This document shows, piece after piece, positions 59,001 through 64,000 of a stretch of DNA of 64,000 nt. Source of the stretch: Lingula anatina. Taxonomy: Eukaryota; Animalia; Brachiopoda. The stretch spans positions 40,774,788 to 40,838,787 of the forward strand of contig CM120640.1 of assembly GCA_051362555.1 (NCBI GenBank), given 5' to 3'. The notes below the pieces were generated by a model. That model saw nothing but the letters and a program-made list of their open reading frames with translations. It ran no database searches and had not been told where the DNA came from. The position numbers were made by a program, and so were the translations under genes. Within the stretch, counting starts at the first letter, position 1, and every line of letters starts with the position of its first letter.

Positions 59001-62000
59001 GTCTAAAAATGGCAAAATTAAATGCTAATTATCTACCCTACGGAAGGAGTTATGGGAAAAATTTCTATAGCCGGCTTTCCAAAAGTCATATGTGTAGATT
59101 TCAAATATACCCTTGGATTTGACCTTTGACCTCTACTTCAAGGTCAAATGGGCCAAAATTTTCAAAAAAATGAAATTTTTTACGAAAAAATTTTTTTTTG
59201 CCCTGTTATTCACACACCACACAGACTTAACCAATAATATTATTGGAAAGTGTTACCCTTCAGGTCATCTTTCATCTCCATGAACTTGGGGTCAATCGGT
59301 GCATTTTCACGGGAGTAGCGGCCATAAGATACCGAAACTGAAAACTGTCTCTAATTCGGGAACCGTTAATGCTAGAGACCCATTCTTTTTTGCATTTTGT
59401 AGAGCATGTAAAGCCCAACACTGGAGGTGGTCTCGGTTTTTTTGTATTCCATACGGTTTTCGAGTTACGCTGTATCAAAAAGTACATATTGGTGGTAAAA
59501 GCAAAATGTGCAGTACGGTAATGGATAATAAATTTTGAACTCTGGAAAAATAAAACATAAGGCTTGGCAAAGCAGACAACTTGTGTTCAAAAATGACATT
59601 ATTTCATCAAATTTGAACTTCTGAAACTTCAGAGCACCTCCTATTTCAAGAATTTTGACCAAAATGACATTTTCTTTATTTTAATTAATTTTTTCTGTAC
59701 GAAATTTAAGGCACATTATGGTAACTCCAAAATTATAACATCTAGTCCCTTATATCTCCAAAACTGGCAGAGATAGGTCCATAGTTACTATTGAAGTTGA
59801 ATAGGAAGTCATATACTGGCAATCTTACTATGACCTTGAAATTGACCTTTGACCTACTTTTCACCATGAACTGAACTTTGCAAATTTTTCTTCCCTTTTA
59901 TCTCCAAAACTGGCAGAGATAGGTCCATAGTTACTATTGAACTTGAATAGGAAGTCATATACTGGCAATCTAAATGTGACCTTAACATTTTTTTTTTGCA
60001 AATTTTGCTTTCCTTTTATCTCCAAAACTGGCAGAGATAGGTCCGTAGTTACTATTGAACTTGAATAGGAAGTCATATACTGGCAATCTATATGTGACAT
60101 TAAAATTGACCTTTGACCTACTTTTCACCATGAACTGAATTTTGCAAATTTTGCTTTCCTTTTATCTCCAAAACTGGCTGAGATAGGTCCATAGTTACTA
60201 TTGAACTTGAATAGGAAGTCATATACTGGCAATCTAAATGTGACCTTGAAATTGACCTTTGACCTACTTTTCACCATAAACTGAACTTTGCAAAATTTGC
60301 TTCCCTTTTATCTCCAAAACTGGCAGAGATAGGTCCATAGTTACTATTGAACTTGAATAGGAAGTCATATACTGGCAATCTAAATGTGACCTTAAAATTG
60401 ACCTTTGTCCTACTTTTCACCATAAACTGAACTTTGCAAATTTTGCTTCCCTTTTATCTCCAAAACTGGCAGAGATAGGTCCATAGTTACTATTGAACTT
60501 GAATAGGAAGTCATATACTGGCAATCTAAATGTGACCTTGAAATTGACCTTTGACCTACTTTTCACCATGAACTGAACTTTGCAAACTTTTCTTCCCTTT
60601 TATCTCCAAAACTGGCTGAGATAGGTCCATAGTTACTATTGAACTTGAATAGAAAGTCATATACTGGCAATCTAAATGTGACCTTGAAATTGACTTTTGA
60701 CCTACTTTTCACCATGAACTGAATTTTGCAAATTTTGCTTCCCTTTTATCTCCAAAACTGGCTGAGATAGGTCCATAGTTACTATTGAAGTTGAATAGGA
60801 AGTCCTATACTGGCAATCTAAGTGTGACCTTGAAATTGACCTTTGACCTACTTTTTATCATGAACTGAACTCTGTTTATTTCTTTCTCTTTTAACTTCAA
60901 ACTTGACAGAGATAGGTCCATAGTTACTCTTGAACTTGAATAGGAAGTCATATACTGGCAATTTACTGTGACCTTGAAATTGACCCTTGACCTACCTTAC
61001 GAAGAACTTAAATTTGATTGTACCATATATATTTTTTGCAATAGTTTAAAAATTCTTGTTGATTGCATTTTTACAGCTTGTCAAGCACAAAACTGGTGGC
61101 TGTGTCCCTTATTTTGTGTATGTGGGGGTCTATACGAATGCGTTTGCTCCAGCTGGTGGTACAATATTTGGAGGCGGTATCGCTTCTCTGATCCTCTAGT
61201 TTTATTTGTTTGTTTACAGACTTCTCCTTTTGGTAGTCCCAGGACACCAAAGGTTGCTGCCCTTAAGCTGGGGATAACTGATTTACGCAGGCGTTCTCAG
61301 CCTGTAAAAGAGGTCGATGAGGCTGAAACAGTTTCGCCAAAAGTGACACCCAAAAGGGCATCCCCTGTGAAGAAATCTCCAGGTAAATCACCAAGTAAGT
61401 GTGTTTTATTATTATGTTTATTTTTATTATTATAATTATTACAGGTAAATGCTTTAGTTATTCTTATATTGATAACCATGATATAGCAGAGATTTATATT
61501 TTACATTTAATATTTAGGCAAAACTCCAGTATCAGGTCGCAAGAGAAAAGCATTTGAATTGCCTAGCCCTGCTCCGAGTGCAAAAAGAAAGAGTGTGTCT
61601 TTTGGCCCAGCACTTAGTCCAGAGCACTTTGATAAGCGTCTACCACCAGCAACTCCAGTTAAGAAGGGTGCAACACCAACCAGAAGACTTTCCGAGGGAG
61701 TGTACCAAAAGAAGGGAACCCCTAAAACTCTCCTGAGAAGATCCATTGCCACTCCTAGAGTTGCATCTATTGCAGAAAGTCCTTCGCCAAAAAAGACCCC
61801 TAAGGCTAAGACTCCATCACCAGCAAAGCGAGCATCCCCTAAGGCTAAGACTCCATCACCAGCAAAGCGAGCATCCCCTAAGGCTAAGACTCCATCACCA
61901 GCAAAGCAAGCATCCCCTAAGGCTAAGACTCCATCACCAGCCAAGCGAGCATCCCCTAAGGCTAAGACTCCATCACCAGCAAAGCGAGCATCCCCTAAGG

Positions 62001-64000
62001 CTAAAACCCCAGTGAAGACTACTCCAAAAGCAAGGACACCTTCACCTGCTAAACAGGCTACTCCTAAGGTTAAAACTCCTCCAACTGTTAAGAAAGCCAC
62101 TCCTAAAGCAAGGACCACATCCCCTGCCAAGGTTAAAACTCCCTCACCTGCTAAGACTCCAACTCCAGTTAAGTCTGCCAGTAAGGCAGTATCTCCCAAA
62201 GGCAAGCCAGCAACACCCAAGACCAAGACACCGTCACCAGCTAAGAAATCAACACATAAGGCTAGGACACCATCTAAGGCATCTCCAAGGACTCCTAAAG
62301 GGAAACTAGCAACCCCAAAGGCTGCTACACCCAAGGCTAAAACCCCTGCACCAGTTTTGACATCACCTGCTTTGAAGAAAACTCCAAAGGGTAAGACACC
62401 AGAGAAACATGTTCATGTGTTAAAGCCCATCGTTCTTCACCATGAAATGTCTCCAGAAGAAAAATTCTTGAAACACAAACAAGAAGTAGAAGAAGCTGCT
62501 GCTCTCAAACGATCATCTCGTAAATCTACTTCACCATTCAAGCGTTTTCCACAAGTTTCACCAGTGGTTTCTGTCAAGGGAGTGGCTAGGCTATTCAGCA
62601 CCCCAACACCCAAGAAATCTGCAACTCCTAAGAAGTCTCCAGCGGCAACCCCTAAGTCTGCAAAGAAAACCCCCATTAAAAAGAGTCCAGTCAAAAAGGC
62701 AACTACACCTAAGGCTGCTAAACCTGCTACACCAAAAGCAGTCACTCCAGAAGCACTGTCAAGCCTTGTTGATTTAATGGAAACCCCTAAGGCAAAGACA
62801 CCTAAAAAGGCAACGCCCAAGGCTAAGTCACCATCTCCAAAGAAGAGAAGAGCCAGCACTCCAGTGGGAACAAGTGCTAAGAGAAGGAAAGTAGCACCAG
62901 CAACTCCAGAACCTTCCTCGGCTAAGAAACTCAAAACTCCAGCATCAGACGTCAAAAAGGCTGTTGCACTGAGAGCCATTCATGGGAAATCTGCAACACC
63001 CAAACTGCCCTCTTCCATGAAAAAGCGAGCAACTCCTGCTAGGACTCCAAGAGGATCCCGCACCCCCAAGTCTTCTGTGAAGAAACCTAAGACTTGGGCA
63101 GATATTGTGAAGAAGGGAGTGGCTGTCACAGGTGTTGTTGTGCAGAAACCTGCTCCAAAACCAATGAAGGTGAAGGTTGTTTCAAAGAAGGCTAAAACTC
63201 CTGCCAAGGCCAAGTCCGCCAAGGTATTCATGATAACACCAGTAAATAAAATGTTAACTAGTAGTGGCATAAATATTTAGAATTTACAGAAATAATTATT
63301 TTTAAATTTATTTTATGTATTGTTAGTATTATTATTTTATGCACCTTGAAGGGGAAGTCCAATTTTACACATGTAAAATATGATGATAAAAGCCCTGAAG
63401 TTGGATTCAAATTGCTTTTGCTATTTTTAGAAAGCCCCCAGGACTCCAGCTGCAGTGAGAGGCCAAATATCACATACTGGACATGCTACCTCCCCAGCTA
63501 CCATTCTGATCCATAAGAAACTGTTGAAGACACCCAAAACTGCACCTAGGAAGGGAAGAAAGAGTCCTATAAAGGTAAATTCACATTTTCAAATGAAGAT
63601 GGATTTTTAAATGATGTGATAGTGTGATAAAAAGTTTGAACTGGGTTGTTGACAGCATTCTTTTCTGTACATGGGTTTTGCTACTCCTAGCATTATGTTA
63701 ATTATTGTTAATGTAGCAAAATTAAAGATTTTCTAAACATTGGTTATTGTAATGTGCTTGTTTCAATGGAATGTATTTGGTGCATAATCCATTACTTCTC
63801 CACAGCCTGGTAAGAAGATTGATGCTGCAGATGTCAGTTTCACTGGTATTCAGGACATTTTCAGCACTCCAAAGAGTGCAACTCCAAAGTCAACGAAGAA
63901 GGGACTTACTCCATATTCTGACCTTCCTAAGACCCCTGAAGGTCCAGGAATGATGTTTGTGTCCCCTATGACAACTCCTAGGCCTGCATCAAAGAGACCA
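56012..64000 (+). CDS. MKI67: Proliferation marker protein Ki-67 orthologue (3' end outside the window)
   Basis: Exons 56012-56100, 56445-56526, 56699-56932 (FHA: IKRNGADGAHFPL..GRSNDCDIRIQLPNVSKEHCKI..NPTMVNG..DVFTVIDRSFRFE), 57329-57914, 58225-58340, 61220-61394, 61518-63223 (PP1 motif KRKSVSFGPALSPEHFDKRLPPATPVKKG; KTWADIVKKG), 63431-63574 (TGHATSPATILI), 63806-end (FTGIQDIFSTP). Phases consistent. Confidence 0.95.
57440..57880 (+). repeat. Coding minisatellite, ~27-bp unit (KAATPKASP)
   Basis: Imperfect 9-aa tandem units in Ki-67 coding exon 4. Confidence 0.85.
58770..61200 (+). mobile_element. Non-autonomous Helentron/HINE (DINE-1-like) with central tandem array, in a Ki-67 intron
   Basis: Subterminal inverted repeat TATTGTACCACCAGC (58772-58786) / GCTGGTGGTACAATA (61152-61166); 5' fold-back GCTGGCGGTACA; 3' hairpin GGAGGCGGTATCGCTTCT; end CTAG-TTTT; T-rich insertion site. 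Confidence 0.8.
59753..60995. repeat. 146-bp tandem repeat array, ~8.7 units
   Basis: Units start at 59753, 59899, 60017, 60163, 60309, 60455, 60601, 60747 and ~60893 (degenerate); the second unit is shortened to 118 bp. Confidence 0.95.
61799..62003 (+). repeat. Coding minisatellite, 39-bp unit (PKAKTPSPAKRAS) x5
   Basis: Near-identical units at 61799, 61838, 61877, 61916 and 61955, plus a partial unit. Confidence 0.92.

Noticed and set aside
59753-60995. CRISPR-like regular array
   Set aside because: Whole units repeat with no unique spacers, there are no cas genes, and the array is in a eukaryotic intron; it is a satellite array.
51831-63270. Long antisense G/V/L/A-rich ORFs (51831, 57376, 61507, 62437, 62980)
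   Set aside because: Shadow frames of K/P/A/T/S-rich coding sequence.

Overview
AT-rich, intron-containing DNA from an invertebrate animal (mollusc/lophotrochozoan-like; inferred from gene content and repeat types). Exons were assembled by hand from GT-AG sites and phase. Eight protein-coding genes, in order: (1) the 5' part of a secreted multi-MAM-domain protein (-); (2) an unrecognised two-exon coiled-coil/2-TM protein (+) with a paired E-box palindrome just upstream; (3) a TRPV channel with an intronless CDS (+); (4) a tentative basic uncharacterised gene (-), head-to-head with (5) a 5-exon spermine/polyamine oxidase (+) carrying an overlapping uORF; (6) a kelch-repeat protein without BTB (-); (7) a 409-aa basic, CDK-site-rich protein with a bipartite NLS and C-terminal CaaX, CIIL (-); (8) a clear Ki-67 (MKI67) orthologue (+, runs off the window). 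Mobile DNA includes a 3.07-kb long-TIR Academ-like element holding a dead Tc1 transposase, several MITEs, and a Helentron/HINE with a 146-bp tandem array in a Ki-67 intron. The best candidate for an undescribed system is the divergent pair of genes 7 and 8: Ki-67 and a probably prenylated protein with short Ki-67-like motifs, sharing a compact promoter with E2F/MYB/CHR/CCAAT sites.
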